A stretch of DNA of 64,000 nt. Source: the human T2T-CHM13v2.0 reference genome, Homo sapiens. Location of the stretch: NCBI RefSeq assembly GCF_009914755.1, contig NC_060934.1; one strand, 5' to 3'. This document shows, in pieces, positions 40,490 through 52,040 of the stretch. The position numbers and the translations under genes were made by a program. Position 1 is the stretch's first letter. Every line of letters begins with the position of its first letter. Under the pieces are notes generated by a model. That model did no database searches, had not been told where the DNA came from, and worked only from the letters and a program-made list of their open reading frames with translations.

Positions 40490-41677
40490 TCAATACATTG
40501 TATTGTTAGTATTTCCATTTCAAAAAGCAGCCTTATTTGCAAAGACTCCTCACTGAGTTTTTAACTCTCCCTCCAGTAGGATAGACAAAATCCTCCTTGA
40601 GGCCCTCACTTCAGCTTTTCACAAGCCTCCTAAACCAGGTGCATTTATAATCGTGCTATTTTGACCAAGCTGTTTGTTGTTTTTCAAGAAAGCCACAGAA
40701 TCCTGGGAACGCTTCTGCTGGCTTCTCATCTCCACCTCCTCCCAATGCTCCACCTTCTCCTTCATGCCTCGACCCACGGGCTCCTCCACCAGCTACTTCC
40801 ACCAGCCGCAATGAGAAATTTCCAAAGGGCTGCAGAGGCGCCCCAAGCAGAGGCATGCGAGCGAGCTGGCTGGCCTTCAGGGGTTTCCATCCTGAATTCT
40901 GGGGTTCTTGGAATCATACCCCCACCCCAAGATCTGGTTCAACTTCCCAAACCCGACCAGGGTGACTTGCCAGACCGAGGCCCTGGGAACCGGTGCTCCA
41001 GACGGAACCGCCTGAACGGGGAGGGGCAGGTGGCCGGGAGTGAGTGCTCATTGACTTTAAATTGCAGGTTGCGGCATTGCGCTCTATTCTGATGGAGTGC
41101 AGTCCTGGAAGAGGCAGGGTTTATGCACGGTCAGGGCCCTGGCCACAGACACTGGGACATGGGGCCTGATCACCAACTCCAGAGGCCTGAGTCACCTGGG
41201 ACATGACACCAGCCCACTCCTGCTCAGAGGTCGGCCAGTCTCCCCACCAGGGTTGTCTTGCGGCTGCCGTGTTGCACATTGTGTCTATGTGATGAGTGCT
41301 CCCTGGAGCACTACTCTCCAGAAGACACATGTTCATGCAGACTCTAATGGTAGCAGCATCCTCTGGAGTTGTGCAAAGAGGCAGCCCTGCTTCTTCTTCT
41401 TTTTTTTTTAATTAAAAAAAAATAGGCCAGGTGTGGTGGCTCACACCTGTAATCCCAGCACTTTGGGAGGCCAAGGCGGGTGGATCATGAGGTCAGGAGA
41501 TCGAGACCATCCTGGCCAAAATGGTGAAACCCCATCTCTACTAAAATATGAAAAAATTATCTGGGCATGGTGGTGTGCACCTGTAGTCCCAGCTACTTGG
41601 AAGGCGGAGGTTGCAGTGAGCTGAGATCACTCCAGCTTGGCAACAGAACAAGACTCCGTCTCAAAAAAAAAAAATAG

Positions 41678-41941
<264 letters not shown>

Positions 41942-41974
41942 TGAACTAACTGTTCACTTTGAAATGGTTAATTT

Positions 41975-42073
41975 CTCTCCCTCCCTTCCTTCCTTCCTTC
42001 CTTCCTTCCTTCCTTCCTTCCCTCCTTCCTTCCTTCTTTCCTTCCTTCCCTCCTTCCTTCCCTCCTTCCTTCC
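41975..42073 (+). repeat. (CCTT)n polypyrimidine microsatellite
   Basis: About 100 nt of ccttccttcc with variants. Confidence 0.95.
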
Positions 42074-42266
42074 TGTAATCCCAGCTACTCAGGAGGCTGA
42101 GACCTGGGCAACAAGAGTGAAACTCTGTTTCCAAAAAAAAAAAAAAAAGGCCAGGTGCGGTGGCTCACGCCTATAATCCCAACACTTTGGGAGGCCTAGG
42201 CGGGTGGATCACCTGAGGTTGGGAGTTCAAGACCAGCCTGACCAACATGGAGAAACCCTGTCTCTA

Positions 42267-42461
<195 letters not shown>

Positions 42462-42869
42462 CTACAACAGATCAGCCCTCTGCAAGATTTCACGTCTCTC
42501 CCCAGTTTCCTGGGCTAGGTCGCTGACTATATTCCAGAGGAAGAACTGGATTGGCTTAGAAGCCCCATTCCCAGACCCCAGCTGAGGAGGAAGGGAAATG
42601 GTCAGATCTGTCCAAGGCTCTTGGCAGCACTTGCCATAAAGAGGATGGAAAGGTAGCATCAGGGTCCTCTTGAAGGCACCCCATAGGCCCCACTAGATCC
42701 TGGGAATCTAGATGCGGGTGTCTGCAATTCTGGAAAAAGCCATGTGCTTTTTGTTTTTGTCTCACTATGTCACCCAAGCTGTAGTGCAGTGGTACCATCA
42801 TAGCTCACTGTAACCCTGGCCAGGCTCCAGCGATTCTCCTACCTCAGCTTCCTGAGTACCTGGGACTAA

Positions 42870-43380
<511 letters not shown>

Positions 43381-43489
43381 TAGGCTGGTCCTAAACTCCT
43401 GGCTTCAAGTAATCCTCTCACCTCCAAAGTGTGTGGGTTAAAAGTGTGAGCTGCCACAGCCAGAGAAGCCACGTTCTTGCCTCATCTAG

Positions 43490-43910
43490 CCATTCATTCA
43501 TCCATCCATTCATTCATGTATTTATCCAAGGAACATTTGCTGAGCCTTTTCTATGTACTGGGCACAGTGCTGGCTACTTGAAGTTAGGATGTGTAGAACG
43601 CCATCCTCAAGTAGCTTACTGTCTAGTGGGAAGACCAAAGTGGAAAGAATTATTAACAACAAAGATATGCACTGGCTGGAAAGATGCCCTGAGGAAGGCA
43701 CCTAAGGGATGGAGTGTCGGGATGAGGGTGCTAGGGGAGGCTTCCTGGAGGAAGGGATGCCAGAGTTGGGTGGCCAAGGCTGCTGGTGGAAGCATGTCTA
43801 GGCAAGCCCACCTTGGCCTGAGGGGAGGAGGAGCGGGTGGGTGGACACCAAATGCAGGGTTTCTAGGTTTTGTGAGAGCTCCAATGAGGTCTGGTTCAGA
43901 GGCCAGGAGA
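43490..43910 (-). mobile_element. L2 3' end remnant
   Basis: cattcattca...acatttgctgagc...tatgtactgggcacagtgctgg...gcttactgtctagtgggaagac...ggaggcttcctggaggaagg. Confidence 0.65.
43790..43809. promoter_or_regulatory. perfect p53/p63/p73 response element
   Basis: AAGCATGTCT AGGCAAGCCC = RRRCWWGYYY twice, no spacer, no mismatch. Confidence 0.75.
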
Positions 43911-44572
43911 TGGAGCGTCCTCCTGACCAGAAGGGCCCCATTTGCAGAGCTGTGGAGTGAGGGGGTGTTCGGTGTAGGGAGGGTGGTTACAAAGTCTTTC
44001 CAGCTCCAGCCAGATGGAAGGGAATCTACCCTCCACCTCAGGACAGGATGGACCAAGGCCCTGCACTCTGGCTCCTGGGAGAGGCTAGCAGTTAAGAACC
44101 CCCACTTTACCCTCCTCCCGACCTTTGAGATTCTCCTGGCATACAGGCCTTTTCTCTATCAGGGGTTTTAGCAGTTGTCACAGGGGAAGACACTGACCAC
44201 TCCCAACTCCCCCAGGCCTCTGCCAGGCCTCCTTGCAGGAGACTTTACCCTGGAACCCACTCCCTCCTACTTTAGGAAACACTTCCAACAATAGGACTGC
44301 CTTCTTTTTTTTTTTTAATCGCTTTTTAGAAACACAATGAGACAATAACACTAATAGATTTCTTTTGAAAAGAAACAAAATTACTCAGTGCGCATTAACC
44401 AGCCCTTCCCATTTGAGACAAGTTGTTTTATTAACAGAAGGAGACAGTGAATGAAAAAAAGGTGCTTGGAACACTGTTGGGCAGTCTTGATGGTGTTTGT
44501 TGAATGAATAAATGATTCCTAATAACTGACCTTTCCAAACCGGACCCGGATTCTTTTCCTTATGAATATCTA

Positions 44573-44818
<246 letters not shown>

Positions 44819-44896
44819 TCACGCCTGTAATCCTAGCACTTTGGGAGGCCGAGGCAGGCGGATCACGAGGTCAGGAGATCGAGACCATCCTGGCTA

Positions 44897-45199
<303 letters not shown>

Positions 45200-45776
45200 T
45201 TAATTCAGATCTTCTCTCTGGCCAGCAGGAAGACACACCCATGCAGGTCACCTCTGTAAGAGTGATTTCAAGAGTATGTCATCTACTCCAGCCCTCCAAG
45301 AACAACTAGCCGCCTTGATCCAGTGTCTTTTATTATTTTTAATTTTTATATCCCCATTGTTAAGCAATCTGGTGTCTTTAAGGCTCCAACAAGCGACAGA
45401 GCTTGAAGAATGGGAAGAGAAGGCCTTGAAAGTCCCAGTGGCTCACAAACTATTCCATTCTGCAGCTGTCTTTAAGATGTCTCCTGGATCCCCTGATTTC
45501 TTTTTTTAATCCATAAATTTGTCTCCATAAGTGGGTCTCCCACCTGTCAAATGAGAGTAGGGTGCAGAGCTTGGATTCTGGTTCTTTCAGGTTCTAAGTC
45601 TTGGCCCAAGTGTCAGCTTTTTCTTTTTTCTAAGTTGGGGTGGGGATGGGGGTTGCGGAGGGCAGTGGCCTGACATCTCCTGCAAGTGTCATTTGTCACG
45701 CGAAAGCAAGCCTGACCCGAGGCAAGGCCCGCCTATCTGGTTAGGTTCCTTGCCCGCCCCCGGGGCCCTGGGCATC

Positions 45777-46012
45777 TGATGTAAGTTTGGCTCCCTCTTC
45801 CATCAGGGTCCTCCTGTCCCAGACTGATAAACCTTTAGAGCAATAAAGGTCGAGTCCGTCTCAACCTCCACCCACCCTCAGCAACCACTGTTAGCCTCTG
45901 AGCACTGCTGCCAGGCCAGATTTCCTGTGGCCCCGCCTGAATGATGAAACACGGGATGGCCATTGCACTCCCTGGCTTTTCCAGAGATCTCGGTCCTCGG
46001 TCCTGATGCAAC
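45777..46012 (+). promoter_or_regulatory. cluster of three C/EBP-ATF response elements (CARE/AARE)
   Basis: TGATGTAAG at 45777, TGATGAAAC at 45942 and TGATGCAAC at 46004 (consensus TGATGnAAn); ETS-like ATTTCCTGT at 45920. Confidence 0.7.
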
Positions 46013-46635
46013 CGTCTGGATCTTTTACACAAAGCGCTAGGCGAGCGCTGGGTGCTAGGACCCGGGGGGCGCCCGGGCAGGGAGGTCCGGCTGCGCTGCC
46101 TGCAGTCCGCGGGGAGGGCGGATGGGTCTGTGAGTCCGACTGCTGTGAATCCTCGCTTCCATCCCTGCACTGGGCGCTATGAACCCGGGCCCATCCACAC
46201 TCCTCTAACCACTCTCCTCAAGCCCTCTCCTTGGGAGCAGTTGGAAGTGGAAGCAGATAGGGTTTGGGAGGAGGCAGGGATCCCCATTAACCTATGTCCT
46301 GGGCTGTAGAGTAACAGCCAGGATGGGCAGGTGGGGCCTTGGGGAAGGGGCAGCATGGTGCCCGGAGCTTCCCAGTCTGTGGACCCCACCCCCATATCCC
46401 GAGCCTTTGCAAAGCAGGGATAGAGGGGGTAAGGGCGCGAGGGCAGGCCGGGCTAACGTCTGCTCCTGCGCCGCCGTCCCACGGGCATCCCCCCCGTGTG
46501 TGCCCAGTTGTTCCCGAAGCTTTAGGATCCAAGACGCTGGGGGCAACCATTTTCCTTGCCCGCCGCCCCCTCACGCTTCCCTGCCTCTCCTCCTAGCCTG
46601 GTCACGGGCTGTCCCCTCCTCCAGCAATGCAACCC

Positions 46636-46926
46636 TATAATAAACAAGTCTTTCCTTGATCCTCCCCTGCCGCGAGCGCCCTCGGGGACCTTGGCAGCTG
46701 CAGCCGCCGCGGATCCTTTCCAGAAAGGGGGCGTGGCGGTGGGTCGGGGTTCGACTGCGAGCTTTCTGGGGCTCAATGGAGGCGGGGCCCGGCCGCTGTC
46801 ACCGGGCAGGAGAGAACGTTGCTTACGTGCGCCCGGAGTCCATTGGCCAAGGCGGGCCACACTCCCGGGTCTGGATTGGGTCGTGGCGCAGAGAAGGCGT
46901 GGCCTCGCCGCGCTAGTCCTTATAGG
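46636..46926 (+). promoter_or_regulatory. DDIT4: DDIT4 proximal promoter
   Basis: p53-like AAACAAGTCT-TTCCTTGATC (46642-46661) overlapping forkhead ATAAACA; GC box (46779); HRE TACGTG (46824); inverted CCAAT boxes (46842, 46875); TATA-like cttatagg (46919-46926). Confidence 0.8.
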
Positions 46927-46949
46927 CTGCTCCGCGCTGGTGCTAGGGC

Positions 46950-47086
46950 GCAGCAGGCCAAGGGGGAGGTGCGAGCGTGGACCTGGGACGGGTCTGGGCG
47001 GCTCTCGGTGGTTGGCACGGGTTCGCACACCCATTCAAGCGGCAGGACGCACTTGTCTTAGCAGTTCTCGCTGACCGCGCTAGCTG
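46950..47086 (+). other. DDIT4: DDIT4 exon 1 (non-coding 5' UTR); TSS approximate
   Basis: Starts about 30 nt after the TATA-like box and ends at the donor CTG|gtgagt (47087). Intron 1 is 47087-47182 (96 nt) and ends cttgtcttacag. Confidence 0.8.
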
Positions 47087-47242
47087 GTGAGTGTCCCTTC
47101 TGTGTGTGGGTCCTAGAGCTCGCGGTCTGGTCTGGTCTGGTCCCCAGACTGACGCCTGGTCGGTCCCCCTCTTGTCTTACAGCGGCTTCTACGCTCCGGC
47201 ACTCTGAGTTCATCAGCAAACGCCCTGGCGTCTGTCCTCACC

Positions 47243-47447
47243 ATGCCTAGCCTTTGGGACCGCTTCTCGTCGTCGTCCACCTCCTCTTCGCCCTCGTCCT
47301 TGCCCCGAACTCCCACCCCAGATCGGCCGCCGCGCTCAGCCTGGGGGTCGGCGACCCGGGAGGAGGGGTTTGACCGCTCCACGAGCCTGGAGAGCTCGGA
47401 CTGCGAGTCCCTGGACAGCAGCAACAGTGGCTTCGGGCCGGAGGAAG
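47243..47447 (+). CDS. DDIT4: DDIT4/REDD1/RTP801 coding part of exon 2 (exon spans 47183-47447)
   Basis: Kozak context caccATGc; [36 protein letters not shown]...GFGPEE; donor AAG|gtgagc at 47448. Confidence 0.98.
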
Positions 47448-47720
47448 GTGAGCGGTGGGCGGGTGCCGACGCGACTCGAGGGGCCGGGAAGGTGGGGAAG
47501 CCCCGGTGCTGGAAGGGGTCAGAGCCGCCTTGGCTTCCTATCCCATCGGGACCCAGATTGCTTGGGGGCAGGGGGAATTGGAGTATAAGGTGAGTGAGGC
47601 GGAAACTGAGGCACGGAGTGGGAAGGAGCGTTGGTTTCTTAAGGAAACAGCACCTCCCCCGCCTGTGCGTTTCGTTTTGAAGCCGCTCTAATACCCCTTC
47701 CTGTGTGCTCTCCTTTCCAG

Positions 47721-48214
47721 ACACGGCTTACCTGGATGGGGTGTCGTTGCCCGACTTCGAGCTGCTCAGTGACCCTGAGGATGAACACTTGTGTGCCAAC
47801 CTGATGCAGCTGCTGCAGGAGAGCCTGGCCCAGGCGCGGCTGGGCTCTCGACGCCCTGCGCGCCTGCTGATGCCTAGCCAGTTGGTAAGCCAGGTGGGCA
47901 AAGAACTACTGCGCCTGGCCTACAGCGAGCCGTGCGGCCTGCGGGGGGCGCTGCTGGACGTCTGCGTGGAGCAGGGCAAGAGCTGCCACAGCGTGGGCCA
48001 GCTGGCACTCGACCCCAGCCTGGTGCCCACCTTCCAGCTGACCCTCGTGCTGCGCCTGGACTCACGACTCTGGCCCAAGATCCAGGGGCTGTTTAGCTCC
48101 GCCAACTCTCCCTTCCTCCCTGGCTTCAGCCAGTCCCTGACGCTGAGCACTGGCTTCCGAGTCATCAAGAAGAAGCTGTACAGCTCGGAACAGCTGCTCA
48201 TTGAGGAGTGTTGA
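47721..48214 (+). CDS. DDIT4: DDIT4 exon 3 coding part (RTP801 C-terminal domain; mTORC1 inhibitor)
   Basis: Acceptor ctctcctttccag; (D)[12 protein letters not shown]...[13 protein letters not shown]...[19 protein letters not shown] then TGA. The two coding parts give 205+494=699 nt, or 232 aa. Confidence 0.98.
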
Positions 48215-49000
48215 ACTTCAACCTGAGGGGGCCGACAGTGCCCTCCAAGACAGAGACGACTGAACTTTTGGGGTGGAGACTAGAGGCAGGAGCTGAGGGA
48301 CTGATTCCTGTGGTTGGAAAACTGAGGCAGCCACCTAAGGTGGAGGTGGGGGAATAGTGTTTCCCAGGAAGCTCATTGAGTTGTGTGCGGGTGGCTGTGC
48401 ATTGGGGACACATACCCCTCAGTACTGTAGCATGAAACAAAGGCTTAGGGGCCAACAAGGCTTCCAGCTGGATGTGTGTGTAGCATGTACCTTATTATTT
48501 TTGTTACTGACAGTTAACAGTGGTGTGACATCCAGAGAGCAGCTGGGCTGCTCCCGCCCCAGCCCGGCCCAGGGTGAAGGAAGAGGCACGTGCTCCTCAG
48601 AGCAGCCGGAGGGAGGGGGGAGGTCGGAGGTCGTGGAGGTGGTTTGTGTATCTTACTGGTCTGAAGGGACCAAGTGTGTTTGTTGTTTGTTTTGTATCTT
48701 GTTTTTCTGATCGGAGCATCACTACTGACCTGTTGTAGGCAGCTATCTTACAGACGCATGAATGTAAGAGTAGGAAGGGGTGGGTGTCAGGGATCACTTG
48801 GGATCTTTGACACTTGAAAAATTACACCTGGCAGCTGCGTTTAAGCCTTCCCCCATCGTGTACTGCAGAGTTGAGCTGGCAGGGGAGGGGCTGAGAGGGT
48901 GGGGGCTGGAACCCCTCCCCGGGAGGAGTGCCATCTGGGTCTTCCATCTAGAACTGTTTACATGAAGATAAGATACTCACTGTTCATGAATACACTTGAT
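47940..49000 (-). ncRNA. DDIT4-AS1: possible antisense lncRNA overlapping DDIT4 exon 3
   Basis: From recalled annotation only; the boundaries are approximate and cannot be derived from the sequence. Confidence 0.3.
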
Positions 49001-49062
49001 GTTCAAGTATTAAGACCTATGCAATATTTTTTACTTTTCTAATAAACATGTTTGTTAAAACA
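48215..49062 (+). other. DDIT4: DDIT4 3' UTR
   Basis: Runs from the stop codon to AATAAA at 49041-49046; dense miRNA seed matches. Confidence 0.88.
49041..49046 (+). terminator. DDIT4 poly(A) signal
   Basis: AATAAA with U-rich upstream and GU-rich downstream context. Confidence 0.88.
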
Positions 49063-50029
49063 GTTGGTTGAGTCTCTCATCAGTACCATGAAGTGAAAAG
49101 GAGGGAGATGGGTGCTAGTGAAAGGCAGGTCTCATCAGGCCCTGGGGTCCACCTGTGTGTTCCTCCATCCCTTTCCGGGACTGCCTGCCAGCCTGGTGAC
49201 AGAGGTATGTGTACCGTGTGCCATCTGTGCCAAGAACCCTTGGCCCTGTGCTGGCTGAAGCTACTAGGAGAACACACTGGAAACCCCTGAAGGTAGGGGG
49301 TGAGTCAGACCTCCCACCGAGCCAGAGTCTCCAGAGGGAGAGCTCACCTGGCTGCCCCGGTTAGAAGGCCCAGACAGGAGGGCCCACTGAGCCCAAGGTC
49401 TTTAATAAACAGTGAAAGAACTAGAAAATACCTTTTTTCTTTCTGGGAGAAAAAAATCAGTTGTTCTACCATCATGAAAATTACAAATCTTATCTCTGGA
49501 TTTAAAAAGACTAAGAGGGGGAGTTTGAAAAATGCTACTTAGCTCATGCCTCTCACTGGACAAGGAACCAAGAGGGGCATGAGCTGCCACTGGAAGGAAG
49601 TCTGGACCAGGCAGGTGCAGAACTCCTTGCACACACACAGGTGAGGGAAGGAGTGCTAAGGGCTTAGAGAGCAAGGAAATAGCAGGCCTACCTTAACGAT
49701 ACCTTGGGTCACCCAGACGTCCTCTGTGACCTGTTGTCCCAGCCACTTGGGATGCTGAAGCCAGAGGATTGCTTGAGTCCAGGAGTTCAAGGCTGCAGCC
49801 TGGGTGACAGCAAGACCCTGTCTCTAAAAACAAAAGATGCATTGTGCATTCTGGGCCCTAAGTTCCTTGTCAGAAAAATTGGCAAATTGGAGTTGGGCCA
49901 GATGAAGCCCAGGGCCTTTCCCCCTTCTTCCCTGGAATTACATCCACCCACACCAACTGGCATTTGGAGAGTTTTTATCTCCCTTGTTTCTCTTCCTGGT
50001 CCCAGACAGGCCTTGTTTGCTCAAGACTA

Positions 50030-50170
50030 AAACAGTGGCTCTTGCACTTGAGCGTGTGTAATCAGATCACATGGGCCCTCCTGGAGATTCTCAGTGCATC
50101 CGGGCCAGGGCCCCAGGAATCTGCATTTACATCAGGGATTCCAATAGAGGGTCCTAAACTTTACGATGAC
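50030..50170. mobile_element. MER5A-like remnant
   Basis: cagtggctcttgcacttgagcgtg...ggagattctcag...ggccccaggaatctgcattt. Confidence 0.55.
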
Positions 50171-51106
50171 TTGGAAGACCCATCTCTCTTTGGTAGAACT
50201 GAGTGATTTGTTCCCCAAAATGGATAAACTTGGATTAGAAGTGCATTTGGAAATGGATAGTGAGAACAGTGAAGAAGGTGCCCAGACCAGTGTGAGGAAA
50301 GCCCTCACACCCATTTTCTTAGCACATCCTCCTAATAGCCACCCTGTGAGGGGTGGGTGGCGGCAGGGGTTTTTAATGTTTTACAGATTAGTAAATGGAG
50401 GCCCAAGCCCTGGAATGGTCATCTTCTTGGATAAGGGCTGACTTTGTCCACTCCCAGCCTATTGAGATTCAGGGCTGGGAGTAAAGCAAGCTTGACACCT
50501 GGGCTGAGTCTGAAGGGCACTTTCCCGGGAACTGAGATCTGTGCCAATGCTCACGACCCTGCCTCCCCAGTCTCAAAAGAGAAGCAAGGAAACAATTGTC
50601 TTCAGAGTACAGAGTCTTGTTGGTATTTGGGGGCCTGAGCTGGATGGATTGGTCAGCATTAGCCCTTCTCCAAGCCAAGGAGGCAGCTGAGCCCAGCACC
50701 GTACCTTTTCTTAGATAGTCAGACTGAGGCCAAATCAAAGCTTGGGTTCCCAAGCTAGCTCAGCTGAGATGCCCTCTCCCAGAGCCAAACTGGCTTCCCT
50801 CATTCTCACAGGGCCTGAAAATCCTCCTGCAGCAGGACAGAAGGGTCCGCAAGTGGGAGCCCTGAGCTTGAGTCTCACAGTAAAGGGAAGAGGGTTGCTG
50901 AGGCCCAAGACAGTTCTGGGTCCTGAGGTCTGCTAAGACATGGCAGGGAGCTTTGCCCCAGGTACCGGACTTGCTAAGAAAAAATGGGGCAGGCTTCTTT
51001 GTTGCTAAGCAGGAAAGCTAAGAAAGCTTATAAAGACCTACACATAAAATCAACTTTGGTAAATGCTTTCAGAAATTGTCCTATTTAGTGAGACCCTATC
51101 TGATAA

Positions 51107-51174
51107 AGAAAGGAAGGAAAGAAAAAAAAGAAAGGAAAGGAAAGGGGAAAGGAAAAAGGAAAGGAAAGGAAAAA
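51107..51174 (+). repeat. (GAAAG)n purine-rich simple repeat
   Basis: aggaaggaaagaaaaaaaagaaaggaaaggaaagggg... Confidence 0.9.
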
Positions 51175-51889
51175 GATTGCCCTATTTGGCCTGGAAAATA
51201 TGTACTGATTACCTCCCTTCCTACAGGATTCCCTCTCTTATTCCTATTTCCCACCTCATCGGGTCAATGCTCTAGAACCTGCAATGGTTCCCTATTGCCA
51301 GATTCCACTGCTGGTCTTTTAGGACATTTGGTGTTGGGCCCTATACTCCCTACTGAGGCTTACCTCCCACCATTCCCCTTAACTGGGGGCAAGTCAATCT
51401 GGACTGCCCTTTTCTCTAGCCGCAGACTCCGCTCATTCTAGTGCCTTCCACCAAGGATATCTTCCTGAGTTTTGCTGGCAAGCCCTGTCCTTCCTTTAAG
51501 GCCTAGAGCAAGTTCCAGCCTTTTTATGGCTCTTTTCTGCTTTCCCTCCCCCCATCTTTCACAATTGCAGTGTGAAAACATGGCATACAATGATCTCATT
51601 GTATGCACTTGTTTTATATCCCCCTAGCTCTATAGAACACCCCTAGGTTCTCCTGAGGCCTGGCACATAGTGGTTAACTAAGCATTGGCTGTCCGAGCCT
51701 TGGGTCATGCCCTCTCTCTAAGCTCAGAGAACATAAGATTCCCTCACTAGCCTCAGACTCTCAGGCTACGAGGAGAGGAGGGCAGGGTTAGAAAGAGTTG
51801 TTGTTGTTTTTTTGTTTGTTTGTTTTTTGTTTTTTTCATTAGCCTACCACCTAGTTTAGAGGAATATTAAAGGCTAAGGTCCTGGAAGG

Positions 51890-52040
51890 GAGGTAGTGTC
51901 ATTAGTGGCTAAAGCCACCTGCATTAGTGAAATCTGGATTCAGATCCCAGCTCAGCCATTTCCTAGCCAATGACCTGGGGCCAGTAACTTTACCTTCCTA
52001 AGCTTCAGTTTCCTCATCCGTAAAGTGGGAATGATAGTGA
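51890..52040 (+). mobile_element. MIR
   Basis: tagtggctaaag...ggattcagatcccagctcagccatt...cttcagtttcctcatccgtaaagtggg matches the MIR core. Confidence 0.75.

Larger units (their letters stand above)
46020..48060. other. CpG island over the DDIT4 promoter and coding region
   Basis: Very high GC content and dense CpG compared with the flanks. Confidence 0.85.

Noticed and set aside
40640-40870. Purine-rich minus-strand stretch reading MKEKVEHWEEVEMRSQQKRSQDS...
   Set aside because: It looked exon- or pseudogene-like, but I recognise no homologue, poly-A tail or TSD; it is more likely unique regulatory DNA (a tBLASTx search would settle it)
43431-44171. 246-aa ORF, the longest in the track
   Set aside because: It has a GTG start, lies largely in an L2 remnant and shows no recognisable domain or splice context
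46510-46726. HSE/STAT-like TTCnnGAA motifs at 46511 and 46718
   Set aside because: They are incomplete, with only two perfect units or the wrong spacing, and are expected by chance
47705-47720. N-terminus MLSFP of the 169-aa ORF
   Set aside because: This is the intronic polypyrimidine tract; the real frame enters by splicing at 47721
46522-47724. 170-203 aa ORFs on both strands over the DDIT4 promoter and exon 2
   Set aside because: Stop codons are depleted in a CpG island; the products are low-complexity Arg/Pro/Gly-rich, mostly with non-ATG starts
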